Positions 44,380 through 53,708 of a stretch of DNA of 53,708 nucleotides are shown here, piece after piece. Under the pieces are notes generated by a model that was not told the origin of the DNA, did not search any database, and was given only the letters and a program-made list of their open reading frames with translations. The position numbers and the translations under genes were made by a program. This DNA comes from a virus (Duplodnaviria; Caudoviricetes): positions 1-53,708 of the IMG/VR virus record IMGVR_UViG_3300021519_000013; one strand, 5' to 3'. Position 1 is the first letter of the stretch. The number at the start of each line of letters is the position of its first letter.

Positions 44380-47300
44380 TTACTTTCCTTCTAGGCGTTC
44401 AACTTTAGCCGTAAGTTCTTTTATTGCTTCAATTAATAATGGAATAAGTCTATCATAATGAACAGTTAGATACTTGTCATCAATTGGTGCAGGGACTACT
44501 GCACTAGGTAATACACGTTGTACTTCCTGAGCGGATACACCCACTTCATCTTTAATTTCATAACCCAGTGATTGTGCTATATCATTTGGTTGGTAATTAA
44601 AACCGTTAAGAGATACAAGCTTTTCCAAGGCATTTTCTATATTACCAAGTTTTGTTTTAAGTCTATCATCAGAATAGTACGCAGTTACGTTGTTAGTAGC
44701 ACGTATTTCACCTGTTGTGCCACTGCCTGCGGTACCAACGCCAATTGAGTTAAACTGAGAATTTTGTGATGTACTGGTAAAAGTAGTAGCAGAAGCTGCA
44801 TTGCCAGTTGTATTTTGATTAAGTGTTGGTACATCAGATGCTTGAATAGCAGCCATAACAACATTAGTTCCATTACCTCTCAAGTAATAACCAAGTGTTG
44901 TTGCGCCCGCAAAAGCATTTATTGCTGCTTGTGCTGTTGTAACCCCAGTGCCGCCGTAGCCAACACCAATCGCGGAACCATTCCATGTACCAGCAGTAAT
45001 AGTACTGAATGCTGCTGTGTTTGCAGTAGTCGCACCTATTGTTCCATTAAATGCTCCGCTGGTATTACCTTGATAACCAGTAGTCGCTGTAAGTGTTGTG
45101 AATACTCCACTATTAGCAGTTGTTGCACCAATAGTTCCATTGTGTGCTCCGCTTGTATTACCTTGATAACCACCTGTAGCTGTTAGTGTATTAAATGTTC
45201 CAGCAGCAGAAGAATTTCCAATTGTAGTTGCAGTTAAGGTAGCGGCTGTTAGCGTACCCGCAATAGTTCCACTTATTCCAGTTAATACTGTTGATGCATT
45301 ACCAATGGCAGTTGCAAGTAGAGAGGCTGCTGTTAATGTACCAGCAATTGTACCACTTGAACCAATTAGCGCCGCTGTTGCGTTACCAATAGTAGCCGCT
45401 GTTATAGTTCCTGAAATTGCTAAAGAATTTCCAGTTATGGCAGTCGATGAGTTGCCAATAGTAGTTGCCGACAAAGTAGCTGCTGTCACGGTACCGGCAA
45501 AATTAGCAGTTCCTGTAGCAGTTAATGTTGTAAATGCAGCACTATTAGCAGTATTAGCACCTATCGGTCCGGTATGGTAACCTGTAATCTGACCAGCATT
45601 TGTTGTTATTATGGAAGTTGCAACTACCGTATTTGGCTGAGTTCCACCTAATGCACCATTTAATGCACCAGTAGCACCAGCTGCCACTCCAGATACTACA
45701 GCACCAGTAATTTGACTATTCCCGGACCAAAGCTGAATAGTTCCTACAGTTAATGAGGTCGATGCAGATACTGTAGTAAATGCGCCAGTATTTGCAGCAT
45801 TTGCACCTATTGGTCCATTATGATAACCTGTAATTTGTCCACCGCTGCGTGTAATCAGTGAAGTGAACACCCCACTATTTGCTACAGTGCTACCAATAGC
45901 AGGAGCAGTACTTAAATCCAGTGCACCTGCCAATGCAATAGTTCCAGAGTTAGTAATTGTTCCACCACTTAAACTTAACCCACTGATAGGAGTTGCACTT
46001 GCTATAATACTCTGTACAGTACCGTATCCCGCATAGGGCGATCCATTTGGCCAAGTAATGCCGTTTGTGGTAACAAGATTTCCGCTGATATATGTATTTG
46101 CCGTTCCAACAATTAACTTGGTCACACCATTAACATCTGCTTTGATTGCATAGCTGTTAGCAGGATCAAAATAAACAGTACTGTTACCTTGAGTTAATGA
46201 TACGACTGATGAAGTTGTAGTCAATATACGTACTTCAATGATATCTGTTGAAACAGGGGCTTCAGTAAATGATAAAACATTGCCAGTAATAGTATAAACA
46301 GTGTCAGGAATTTGCGTAATACCGTTAATGCTTACAATAGAACCACTGGTAGTTGCATCTTGTGACAATGTAAAAGCAAGTGTTGATCCATCACCTGTAA
46401 ATGTGGAGCTCACAATTTGTGTTTGTGTTCCTCCCAATTGATTCCAGGTAAATCCATCATAAAGTTCAAGTGCGCCCGCAGCACTGTTGAATCTAATCAT
46501 ACCTCTAGTTGGTGCTGCTGGTCTACCAAATGTAGTTCCCACTGGCACTTGTAACGCAGTAGTAGTGTTAATATTGACTATACCATTCCCATTGGGGATA
46601 AGATTAATATTACCATCTGCATTAACAGCAGATATTGTATTACTGTTTAGATAAAAGTTAGCAATGTTTCCTGATGTTGAAGAAAGCGTAGTAAATGCAG
46701 CCGTATTTGCTGTGTTGGCGCCAATGGGACCATTAAAATATCCAGTTAACTGTCCACCATTGGTTGTAGTAATACTAGTTGCCACTACAGAATTAGGAGC
46801 ATTGGCACCAATTGCTCCTGTATGATAACCTAGTAATTGATTACTAACAGTAAAGTTTCCTGTACCTGTTAAAGTTGCAACAGAGTTAGCGTTAGCAAAC
46901 CATCTGAATAATTTTGTTTCATCATGAACACTATTCCAAAGAACGCCTGAAGTTAATCCAATGGCATAATCAACACCACTACCATCTATCTGAGGCCAAA
47001 GTGTAATTTTTGTTCCTGCACTTCTTGAGGAGGTACTTGGATCACCAAGCCCAACATTTGCAAAATCAATTCTATTGCTTGTAGCACCATTTAATGTAAG
47101 CTGGCCAACTGTTGTACTGCCCGCTGCTGTAGTTGTTATAGTTGTAAATGTACCAGTGTTGGCAATATTGGCACCAATTGCACCTGTTAAATAACCTAAT
47201 ACTTGTCCACCTGAGCCACTTGCAATTAAATTTGCACCGGATATATTACCAGTAGCTGTTGCAGTGGTAAACGCACCTGTATTTGCAACATTAGCACCTA

Positions 47301-47859
47301 TTGCACCTGTCAGATAACCGTTAAGCTGCCCGCCATTTGTTGTATTGAGATTGCCAATAACCAAATTGCTTGCTAATGTAAATGTTGCGGCATTTTCTGT
47401 TATGGCAACATTGATTTGATTAGTGTTACCAACTAAATTTAATGTTTCGGAATTTAAAACAACATTTGTATTACCAGTATTACTGTTACCAAGGTATAAA
47501 TTAGGATACCTAATTGCATCAACTACAACATCAACATATTGCTTATTAGTTGCATCTAGATTTCCAACTGGTGCTGCAACATAAGATATAATTTTATTGC
47601 TAACATTGATATTCCCTGTTAAAGAACTTAATACCAAGTTGCCGGTTAGTGCAGTTAAATTTGAATTAGTAATATATACGCTGCTTATAGTTGCTGCGCC
47701 ATTTACTGTTAGAGCATTACCTGGTGTAATTGTATTGATACCAACACGACGATTGGCTATGTCATAATACATCAAATTGCTATCAATTTGAAGATCAACC
47801 CCGTTACGAACGAGGTTATCCTTTAGCATAGTGCCAGCTACTTTACCTATAACACCCAT
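44380..47859 (-). CDS. Long tail fibre protein with S74 chaperone
   Basis: IGAN.ANTG.FTT repeats; VTAYYSDDRLK. Confidence 0.8.
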   Translation of the reverse strand: MGVIGKVAGTMLKDNLVRNGVDLQIDSNLMYYDIANRRVGINTITPGNALTVNGAATISSVYITNSNLTALTGNLVLSSLTGNINVSNKIISYVAAPVGNLDATNKQYVDVVVDAIRYPNLYLGNSNTGNTNVVLNSETLNLVGNTNQINVAITENAATFTLASNLVIGNLNTTNGGQLNGYLTGAIGANVANTGAFTTATATGNISGANLIASGSGGQVLGYLTGAIGANIANTGTFTTITTTAAGSTTVGQLTLNGATSNRIDFANVGLGDPSTSSRSAGTKITLWPQIDGSGVDYAIGLTSGVLWNSVHDETKLFRWFANANSVATLTGTGNFTVSNQLLGYHTGAIGANAPNSVVATSITTTNGGQLTGYFNGPIGANTANTAAFTTLSSTSGNIANFYLNSNTISAVNADGNINLIPNGNGIVNINTTTALQVPVGTTFGRPAAPTRGMIRFNSAAGALELYDGFTWNQLGGTQTQIVSSTFTGDGSTLAFTLSQDATTSGSIVSINGITQIPDTVYTITGNVLSFTEAPVSTDIIEVRILTTTSSVVSLTQGNSTVYFDPANSYAIKADVNGVTKLIVGTANTYISGNLVTTNGITWPNGSPYAGYGTVQSIIASATPISGLSLSGGTITNSGTIALAGALDLSTAPAIGSTVANSGVFTSLITRSGGQITGYHNGPIGANAANTGAFTTVSASTSLTVGTIQLWSGNSQITGAVVSGVAAGATGALNGALGGTQPNTVVATSIITTNAGQITGYHTGPIGANTANSAAFTTLTATGTANFAGTVTAATLSATTIGNSSTAITGNSLAISGTITAATIGNATAALIGSSGTIAGTLTAASLLATAIGNASTVLTGISGTIAGTLTAATLTATTIGNSSAAGTFNTLTATGGYQGNTSGAHNGTIGATTANSGVFTTLTATTGYQGNTSGAFNGTIGATTANTAAFSTITAGTWNGSAIGVGYGGTGVTTAQAAINAFAGATTLGYYLRGNGTNVVMAAIQASDVPTLNQNTTGNAASATTFTSTSQNSQFNSIGVGTAGSGTTGEIRATNNVTAYYSDDRLKTKLGNIENALEKLVSLNGFNYQPNDIAQSLGYEIKDEVGVSAQEVQRVLPSAVVPAPIDDKYLTVHYDRLIPLLIEAIKELTAKVERLEGK

Positions 47860-47912
47860 GGGAAATCCTGCTTTTAATTATTTATTGCAAATGATTCCAT
47901 TGGGGAATAGTT

Positions 47913-48320
47913 TTAATTGGCGTCTGTTGATGCAAAATTGTGGAACACAATAACGGTTTGTCCACTGGGAGGAGCATTATAGAACGTAATTTGATTACCA
48001 GCAAGTGTATAAGCATCATCTGGATTTTGATTTACGTTGCCCACAAATACAATAATAGTTTGCGTTGAAACTGGAGTCTGTGTAAGGGTAAAAGTTACCG
48101 TTGTGCCATCACCATTAAAAGTATCTTTAGCGATGGATACAGTACCATTAATTGCAATTTGCTTCCAAGCATTGTAGTAAATTTCAAATCTGCTGGAATC
48201 AGTGTTAAAACGCATCTGCCCATTAACCGGTGCTTCGGGCCGAGTTCCAGTGCTACCCACAGGAATTCTAATGGCATTTGATCCTGTGTCTATTTGTGCG
48301 TTTTTAAGAAATCTTCCCAT
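47913..48320 (-). CDS. Small virion structural protein
   Basis: IPVG.T..RP...G.MRFN and F.GDG..F.L modules shared with the large fibres. Confidence 0.7.
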   Translation of the reverse strand: MGRFLKNAQIDTGSNAIRIPVGSTGTRPEAPVNGQMRFNTDSSRFEIYYNAWKQIAINGTVSIAKDTFNGDGTTVTFTLTQTPVSTQTIIVFVGNVNQNPDDAYTLAGNQITFYNAPPSGQTVIVFHNFASTDAN

Positions 48321-48330
48321 CTAACTTACC

Positions 48331-48645
48331 TTACTGTGTGAAGCTTGTGATTGTTGCTGTTATATAATTGTTGATATTTCCATATGCTTGAATGGAATCA
48401 CCGTTGCCCAAAATTATCTTTTCTCTATCCACAACAAAAGTATCTTTAGCTGCCACAGTTACATTATTATAAATCATTGTGAGATTCGCAACAGCGCCAC
48501 CGCTTGGAACAACCCAAACACTAACTTGTGTGGGAGTATTTTGATTTACGTTGCAGAAATGCATTGTTGAAATAACTGATGTTCCAGTGCTTGTAAAAAT
48601 AGCACTGGGATTAGTAGTCAAAGCTGTATTAGTAACCGTTGCCAT
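48331..48645 (-). CDS. Small structural protein (hypothetical)
   Basis: RBS, in the structural operon. Confidence 0.7.
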   Translation of the reverse strand: MATVTNTALTTNPSAIFTSTGTSVISTMHFCNVNQNTPTQVSVWVVPSGGAVANLTMIYNNVTVAAKDTFVVDREKIILGNGDSIQAYGNINNYITATITSFTQ

Positions 48646-48654
48646 TTTAAATCC

Positions 48655-49383
48655 TTAACTAAAAGCGATACCAAGCCAAGTGGCTTTTCTCTTACTAACT
48701 AACTCATCTGAGTAGTTGTTATTAACTATATATAGCCCAGTACCACCCTGACCTGGAGTATTAGCTAAAATTTGTACTGTACTAGCGACGTTAGTGGGAG
48801 TACTACCCGATTGGAAATCTAACTTTAAGACATCCTGTACGTAAACTACCCCAGTTCCACCAGCATTTAATTTAATATCATTGTTGCCAGTGCTGCTATA
48901 GATATTGGTATTTGATATTAGTGTCGTACCAAGCACAACATTACCGTTACTGTAATAACTAAACTGTGCATCTCCGCCTAATATGCCAGAATTATTATAT
49001 TCAATGGCTCTATACGCACCAACTGCAACTGCATTTGTAGACAGATAACTTTTAGTAACAACATCACTATTGGCGATTGGATCAGCTGAACGAAGATTTA
49101 TTAATGTGCTATTGATAGTTGCACTAAAATATGGTGTGGTATTCTCAGTGAACAACCATTTTGCATTTGGTTGAGTACCTCTTGCTATTTCCAATCCTGA
49201 TGTACCAGCAGTTACGCCTGCGCCAGTTTCACCGTTGTTAACAATAAGGGTATTGTCTTCAATTGTACTGTTGGCAACATAAACATTGGCAGAAGTACCA
49301 ACAATCTTTACGTTGCCATAAATTGTGGTATTATCTGCATATATGTTGTAGTCACCAGAGACTCGTTTATTGGTACTTGCCAT
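48655..49383 (-). CDS. Structural protein (hypothetical)
   Basis: TAAATA promoter; IEDN...N.GETGAGVT...SGLEI.RG. Confidence 0.7.
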   Translation of the reverse strand: MASTNKRVSGDYNIYADNTTIYGNVKIVGTSANVYVANSTIEDNTLIVNNGETGAGVTAGTSGLEIARGTQPNAKWLFTENTTPYFSATINSTLINLRSADPIANSDVVTKSYLSTNAVAVGAYRAIEYNNSGILGGDAQFSYYSNGNVVLGTTLISNTNIYSSTGNNDIKLNAGGTGVVYVQDVLKLDFQSGSTPTNVASTVQILANTPGQGGTGLYIVNNNYSDELVSKRKATWLGIAFS

Positions 49384-49416
49384 ATCAATTTCCGTTTAAT
49401 GTATTTATTGTCGTGG

Positions 49417-49445
49417 CTAGAGGCTGAACAAAGTCCAGCCTCTAG
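49417..49445 (-). terminator. Strong hairpin after the 49455-50465 gene (terminator or stabiliser)
   Basis: CTAGAGGCTG...CAGCCTCTAG 10-bp inverted repeat; no U tract. Confidence 0.5.
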
Positions 49446-49454
49446 AAATAGCTA

Positions 49455-50465
49455 TTAAGCGTTTGGAATCTTGACGCTAACATCTTCTGATGCTGTGCCA
49501 AATGTCCACGGAACACTCTGATTTGCAACGAACTGAGTACCAGTACCTGGAACAACTGTGCAACGATGTGAGCTGATCTTAGTCACAAAGTATGTGCCGT
49601 CATCGCTGTCAGTTGCTGTGATAGTGCATTCGCCTGCTGCCGAGACTGCTGCTGCTTTTAGCAAGCAATTTGCTGTGCCGTCAGTAGTCATGATCTTGAA
49701 CACGCTACGACCTTTCTGGCTAACAATGTCACCTAGTAGGCTTGTGCCGCCGCTTGTAGTCTTAGCATAGATCAAGATAGCATTTTCGTCGTATGATGCA
49801 ACGTTCTGAGCACCACTCTGACTTGCATACTGATTACCACCAACTGTTTGTTCTGTAGTTAATGCTGGTGTGTTGCCACTTGGAGTTGTTTGAGTAGTAA
49901 ATGTATGACCGCTCCATGATAACACTGGAACTGCTGTGTAGCCAGATCCTTTTTCAAGAATAGTAATGCTTTTAACACGGTAAGTTACTGTAATCTGTAG
50001 GTCTGTGCCAGCATTAGGTGCCTGTAATACCTGATGAGTTGTGATGCCGGTACCGTCAAAGTCACCGCGACGGAATTCACCACGGTTGGTACCAGCAGTA
50101 GTTACGTCAACTGCGGTAACTTTATTAGCTACTTCAGTAATGTTGACGATTGCTCCGCCACCTAAACCAGTAATCGATGTTGAAAGACCAGCAACATAGT
50201 CAGAGTTAGTTTGGCCGCCTGAAGCAAATGTAACTGTGTTTAATTCAAATACTACATCAGCAGTTGCTTGTACACCACCTGGAAGATCCGGAGCACCGAT
50301 GTTTAATAGTGGAAAGTTTTTGTAAGTGTTTGTAACAACAAAACTACCTGCTGTGGCAACGGAAATGCTTTCAACACCTTCGCCGCCAATCTTATCGTCT
50401 GCTGTTGTGCTTGCTGAACCGACGTTGCGGTTACCGAAATATTTCTTGTTTAATGGGCGTCCCAT
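49455..50465 (-). CDS. Probable abundant virion structural protein
   Basis: AGGAGA RBS, own TAAATA promoter and 3' hairpin, T/A/G-rich. Confidence 0.7.
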   Translation of the reverse strand: MGRPLNKKYFGNRNVGSASTTADDKIGGEGVESISVATAGSFVVTNTYKNFPLLNIGAPDLPGGVQATADVVFELNTVTFASGGQTNSDYVAGLSTSITGLGGGAIVNITEVANKVTAVDVTTAGTNRGEFRRGDFDGTGITTHQVLQAPNAGTDLQITVTYRVKSITILEKGSGYTAVPVLSWSGHTFTTQTTPSGNTPALTTEQTVGGNQYASQSGAQNVASYDENAILIYAKTTSGGTSLLGDIVSQKGRSVFKIMTTDGTANCLLKAAAVSAAGECTITATDSDDGTYFVTKISSHRCTVVPGTGTQFVANQSVPWTFGTASEDVSVKIPNA

Positions 50466-50548
50466 TTGTTTCTCCTGTTAAGCCGTTCTAGGGGCTACGC
50501 GGCGGGTTATCCGCATAAGTCTAAAATGACAAGTTATTTATCAGGATA

Positions 50549-52177
50549 TCAGCAAACGCCTACAAATAGTGCTGGTTCAGTAGTCTTTATTGTTAGACTT
50601 GTGTCACTGTTGAACTTGTTGTACAATACTTTTGGCAACCCACCCCACAATGAATTCGTCACAGTATAATCATCATTTCCTAAGAAAAATGCTAATTGAG
50701 AGCCAACATTATTCATCAACCATGCCTTAAATTCTTCAGGTTTAGCAGCAGGATTCAGCTGTAGCATCAATGTGCTCATGCCGCATACCTGAGGACTTGC
50801 CATGCTTGTTCCTGATATACACCCTTGGCGCCAACCAGCGTCGAGATAATAAGCAGCATCGCTATAGCCTTCATCAGTAAATGTATTTGTATTCGAAGTT
50901 GCGCTGTAGATAGCAGTTCCACAAGCATATAGATCAACACCAGGTCCACCTTCGCTGAAATCTGCTTTCTGATCCTGTGTACTGCTATATGGAGTTAGAT
51001 CTAAGCAACCAACATTGATTGCTCTTGTGCTGTAGGGACTTGATCCGCGATTATAAAAGATTGTATAGTTCGTCCCAAATACATCGTATATAAAGTAATT
51101 GTTGTAGTCCGGACCGCCAGGGACATCAATCTTAACACCATCATTACCCGCAGCAATACAGATGTGAATGCCAGCATCAATCATTTCGTTAATGATACTA
51201 TCCAACGCTGGATCTCTAAAAGTAAATGTTCCAAAATCACCCATGCCATATTCGGGATGTACAAGAGTATCATTCCAAGTTGTGCCTCTATAACTGCCAC
51301 TAATTATATCAAAGAATTCATAATTACCACCAAGTCCCCAACTCATATTAACAACAGTGGGATTCTTGTAGCCTGTCGCCTCATTACCACCTTTATTTCT
51401 ATGCCAGCCAAGTATGAGATCCAATGCTTGAAATGTTTCGATGCCAGTGCTATCGCTGCTGAGATCATCTAACTTCATGCTGTAGATTGCTGCGTTGTTT
51501 GCCCATCCAAATGTCTTACCAGCAGCAGTACCAGCAACGTGTGTGCCGTGTCCGTCTATGTCAGTGTAGAAATCTGCCGGCATCGAACCACCTATTCCAG
51601 CAGCATCATACCAATCGATTTCCATCACACGACTTGCTTCATTAGAATTTTGAAACTCTGGATGATCAACTTCGAGTCCTGTGTCTACGATCACAACATC
51701 AACATTGGAACCATCTAATGTGTAAGTGTAACCGTTAGGAGCGGTAACCGTTGTGCCATAATTATTATCAGTGCTATTATGTCTTACAAGACCATAGTTT
51801 ACTTTATTGCCTGTTGATACCGAATCATTTGCTGGTTTGTTATAGTTACCAGTGCGTATAGCAGTAGTCTGTGGCTTGAATCCAAGATGTGCTGCGGGAA
51901 TGACAACGCTGGCAACTCTACTGTCATTGCGTAAGATATCTGCTTCAGCATCAGTTAACACATAATGACAACTGCGCTTGCTGAGAACTCGCTCATTGAC
52001 GAAGCGAACAGGACGACTGGGAACATGTCCATCGCCGTTAGAATCCTGTTCGATCTCCGTCCAGAAAGCATCATAATCAACACCAGGGTTCAGACTTACA
52101 ATGTATTCCTTGCCATCAGCATATGTAGGAATACTCGGTATTGTTCGTGATTTTACACCTAGTGTCTTCTTAATCAT
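50549..52177 (-). CDS. Subtilisin-like S8 serine protease with propeptide
   Basis: Triad VVIVDTG, DGHGTHVAG, SGTSMASP; oxyanion AAGND. Confidence 0.93.
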   Translation of the reverse strand: MIKKTLGVKSRTIPSIPTYADGKEYIVSLNPGVDYDAFWTEIEQDSNGDGHVPSRPVRFVNERVLSKRSCHYVLTDAEADILRNDSRVASVVIPAAHLGFKPQTTAIRTGNYNKPANDSVSTGNKVNYGLVRHNSTDNNYGTTVTAPNGYTYTLDGSNVDVVIVDTGLEVDHPEFQNSNEASRVMEIDWYDAAGIGGSMPADFYTDIDGHGTHVAGTAAGKTFGWANNAAIYSMKLDDLSSDSTGIETFQALDLILGWHRNKGGNEATGYKNPTVVNMSWGLGGNYEFFDIISGSYRGTTWNDTLVHPEYGMGDFGTFTFRDPALDSIINEMIDAGIHICIAAGNDGVKIDVPGGPDYNNYFIYDVFGTNYTIFYNRGSSPYSTRAINVGCLDLTPYSSTQDQKADFSEGGPGVDLYACGTAIYSATSNTNTFTDEGYSDAAYYLDAGWRQGCISGTSMASPQVCGMSTLMLQLNPAAKPEEFKAWLMNNVGSQLAFFLGNDDYTVTNSLWGGLPKVLYNKFNSDTSLTIKTTEPALFVGVC

Positions 52178-52182
52178 CTAAA

Positions 52183-52692
52183 TTAACCTCTTGCTGCTAA
52201 AACTCTTGCTACTCTTGCTGCTGTATGTTCAGCACGGGCTGCTTTTGCTGCTACAGCACGAGCAAGTGCTGCTGCCTTTTGTTCTACTGTTGGCTGACTC
52301 TTACGACCTTTGACAGTCAAGTTTGAAGCAACAGCACGTTCTGCTGCGGCTGCTTTTTTGTTGTTCATCCAGTTAGTCTTGTTCTCAGCGGCTTTTGCTG
52401 TTCTTGCCGCATGATCTAACTTTGGCTTCTTAAGTTTTGCGCCAAGTTTAGGATGTGCCTTAACAGCAGCAAGATCACCAACTACTTCATTATCAACAAC
52501 GATCTGTGGAAGACTTGTGTAGCCAGGTACTGATGCTTCAACATCTGACTTCTTCCATTTACCTGAGTCAATATCTCTTACTTCAACTTTTGCGCCTGTG
52601 CGACGCAAAAGTGCTGCTGCTTTAATTCCATCTCTGTTCTCAGATTTAGTCCAGACTATAGCAGTCTTCTGTGGTGGTTTAGTTCTAATCAT
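52183..52692 (-). CDS. Glutaredoxin-fold protein lacking CxxC, with Ala/Lys/Arg-rich tail
   Basis: AIVWTK...A.ALL...EVRDI...TSLPQIVVD.EVVG; no Cys in the protein. Confidence 0.6.
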   Translation of the reverse strand: MIRTKPPQKTAIVWTKSENRDGIKAAALLRRTGAKVEVRDIDSGKWKKSDVEASVPGYTSLPQIVVDNEVVGDLAAVKAHPKLGAKLKKPKLDHAARTAKAAENKTNWMNNKKAAAAERAVASNLTVKGRKSQPTVEQKAAALARAVAAKAARAEHTAARVARVLAARG

Positions 52693-52705
52693 TTTTCAAT
52701 CCTTA

Positions 52706-53708
52706 TTATGTCTGAACAATCCACTTATCTGTATCAATCTTAAGGATTGTTACATAAGTGTCTGCTGGTACGTTAATGTTGTTATCACTACCAAACTTGC
52801 TGAGAATCAATGTTGTTGTCATATCATCTACTGGAACAATATGTGTTGCGTTAGTACTACCAGTTACAAGTGTGATGCAAGTTCCAATTGGGAAAGCAAC
52901 TGCTGCATTGGTTGGAATTAGAACATTTCCAGTACCTGTCTTATAAATGTGCTTACCACGATCCCCTATTACAAGTGTATAATCACCATTAGCACTTACT
53001 GCGTTCTGTGGAATATCTTGATTCAGAACACTCTGATCATCGCTATTAACAATGTCACCACCTGCTGGAAGTTTCAACTTAGCATTCTGTAGGAACTGCC
53101 ACTCTTTTGCGTCAGCTCTAATAACAATGTCTTTGACTTCTCCGCCAGTGACGATAGCATTAGCATAGATCTTAGCAGTGTCATTGCCGATTAGCCAGCG
53201 GCCATCAACATCAATGTTACCGCTTGGTGGTAGAGTTAAGTTACCATCACGGTTGAAGTACCAGTAGTTGTTATGAACTACTCTTGGTCCTGGGTCGCCA
53301 GGTGTAGTATAACCCGCTTGTATCACGAAGTCATAAGGGTCAGAATCAACATTGTTAGTTGCGCCAATGTATGGATACCCAGAAGTGCCATTTACTTCAC
53401 CAATGGTCCAGTAACCAGTAATGTCAATATCACTGTCGATCGGAGCATATAGCGTACCGCTATTATCACTAGTAAACTGCCAATCGTAACCATTATCAGT
53501 AAGCGTTACACCGTAACTATCGACTCTGACGTGAGCAGTATCATCCCAATGTATATGAACGCCGCCGCCATTATTGACAGGAGCAAACATATTGTAGATT
53601 GTTAGTTCGTAACCATCTGGAGTATAGATGTCTTGACCGTCAAAATGTATTTGATCAATATGATTGTATCCATAATAATCATAATAATCGTTACCATCAC
53701 CAATAGCG
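52706..53708 (-). CDS. Fibre-like hypothetical protein, 5'-truncated by the window edge
   Basis: Frame stays open upstream of the listed ATG 53590 to the window end; W.F..DG.L.LP repeats; C-terminal IP......FPIGT module. Confidence 0.7.
   Translation of the reverse strand, partial: AIGDGNDYYDYYGYNHIDQIHFDGQDIYTPDGYELTIYNMFAPVNNGGGVHIHWDDTAHVRVDSYGVTLTDNGYDWQFTSDNSGTLYAPIDSDIDITGYWTIGEVNGTSGYPYIGATNNVDSDPYDFVIQAGYTTPGDPGPRVVHNNYWYFNRDGNLTLPPSGNIDVDGRWLIGNDTAKIYANAIVTGGEVKDIVIRADAKEWQFLQNAKLKLPAGGDIVNSDDQSVLNQDIPQNAVSANGDYTLVIGDRGKHIYKTGTGNVLIPTNAAVAFPIGTCITLVTGSTNATHIVPVDDMTTTLILSKFGSDNNINVPADTYVTILKIDTDKWIVQT

Larger units (their letters stand above)
35320..47340 (-). repeat. Dispersed ~28-aa coding repeat G..NG(T/P)(I/V)GA(T/N)TANTG.FTTLTA(T)
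   Basis: Many copies in three fibre genes; 41-nt identity between 36108-36148 and 39780-39820. Confidence 0.85.

Noticed and set aside
31284-45580. Numerous plus-strand V/P/A-rich ORFs
   Set aside because: They are antisense shadows of repetitive Gly/Thr-rich fibre genes.
34232-47859. Repeats as a CRISPR array or DGR template/variable pair
   Set aside because: The repeats are in-frame coding and degenerate, with no spacer periodicity, no cas or reverse transcriptase gene, and no adenine-specific mismatch pattern seen.
1-53708. Stop-codon recoding
   Set aside because: Genes are full-length in code 11, all three stops are used, and there is no CTA/TCA/TTA suppressor tRNA.

Overview
Fragment of a large T4-like (myovirus/jumbo-type) bacteriophage genome in the standard genetic code. 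An alphaproteobacterial host is suggested by a tRNA-His that lacks G-1 and has G1:U72/A73. Positions 1-14.3 kb hold a tRNA array: 20 canonical tRNAs, three tRNA-like RNAs and several unnamed structured RNAs. Interleaved with it is an enzyme island: T7 gp0.7-like kinase, radical SAM enzyme, halogenase-like flavoprotein, two PP-loop ATPases, putative dioxygenases, a desaturase, a TctC-like binding protein and two adenylate-forming ligases. Positions 14.6-23.4 kb hold purT, a tRNA-repair-type set (HAD phosphatase, RNA ligase 1, two metallophosphoesterases) and a large amidoligase. Positions 24-27 kb hold neck/tail-completion genes and a NUDIX hydrolase. The minus-strand block from 27 kb to the end has a Trp halogenase, a U32-family Fe-S protein, three Gly-rich paralogs, repeat-rich fibres with S74 chaperones, a subtilisin and a Cys-less glutaredoxin. 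The strongest novelty candidates are: (i) an 84-nt RNA resembling a stand-alone tmRNA tRNA-like domain (G3:U70, no D stem, no anticodon, no tag ORF); (ii) the enzyme island inside the tRNA array; (iii) a TAAnTA-N4-5-ATG pattern implying leaderless late mRNAs for modifying enzymes; (iv) a fibre-linked halogenase/U32 module. All family calls come from reading motifs by eye; no database search was run.
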